Source: Iphione sp. A-MEVVRFRX5
Lineage: Eukaryota
Length of the DNA: 64,000 nt
Assembly (NCBI GenBank): GCA_976226885.1
Contig: OZ320316.1
Span: forward strand, 80,290,001 to 80,354,000
Direction: 5' to 3'
Below the pieces are notes generated by a model. The model was not told where the DNA came from. It saw only the letters and a list, made by a program, of their open reading frames with translations, and did not search any database. How positions within the stretch are numbered: position 1 is the stretch's first letter; every line of letters begins with the position of its first letter. The translations under genes were made by a program, and so were the position numbers. Of this stretch, positions 63,728-64,000 are shown one piece after another.

Positions 63728-64000
63728 AGCCTCAGACTGCAGTCTGTCAGGATGCGCACATATCCTGGACTGGCCCTCAGCAACTCCAGCCAGCCACACA
63801 GACCATGACACCTCACTGAAACCAACCCCAGTTTTTTTATTAGTTTTATTCGATCTTATGTAACTTTAATCAAGCTTGCTGCCTACTAAGAGATAATTCA
63901 AATATGCCAATGTTTTGACAAGGACTGCTGTTTGAAAACTGTGGAATTTGAATATTATCAGGTATAGGCGGTCAAAGGTTTATTGCAGTCGATTTTGCTT

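Noticed and set aside
1-64000. CRISPR arrays, rRNA, prokaryotic operons or defence islands
   Set aside because: No regular repeat-spacer array or dense ORF packing; the window has spliceosomal introns and eukaryotic transposons.

Overview
Eukaryotic invertebrate genomic DNA; the TACATGTA-rich background and repeat content look amphioxus-like, but that is inference only. No prokaryotic features (CRISPR, operons, rRNA) were seen. Two protein-coding genes are supported, and they converge. (1) A 5'-incomplete, five-exon SMPDL3-type acid sphingomyelinase-like phosphodiesterase on the + strand: join 2922-3132, 4026-4273, 4956-5119, 28642-28831, 29252-30000, about 520 aa in the window. All metal-ligand motifs are intact, a 23.5-kb intron splits the catalytic domain, and the C-terminus is unusual: His-rich stalk, transmembrane helix, CCC, then a short cytosolic tail. 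(2) An uninterrupted 556-aa ORF on the - strand (39877-38207) encoding a largely disordered protein with a PNUTS-like RVxF/Phi-Phi/Arg PP1-docking segment. The rest is transposon-rich: two decayed CR1/L2-type LINE fragments, a 3975-bp decayed Academ-type DNA transposon with both TIRs and an ACC target-site duplication (carrying a nested MITE and SINE), four Harbinger-type MITEs, microsatellites and several unexplained palindromic or regulatory-like motifs. All motif matches were made by eye; no database searches were run.
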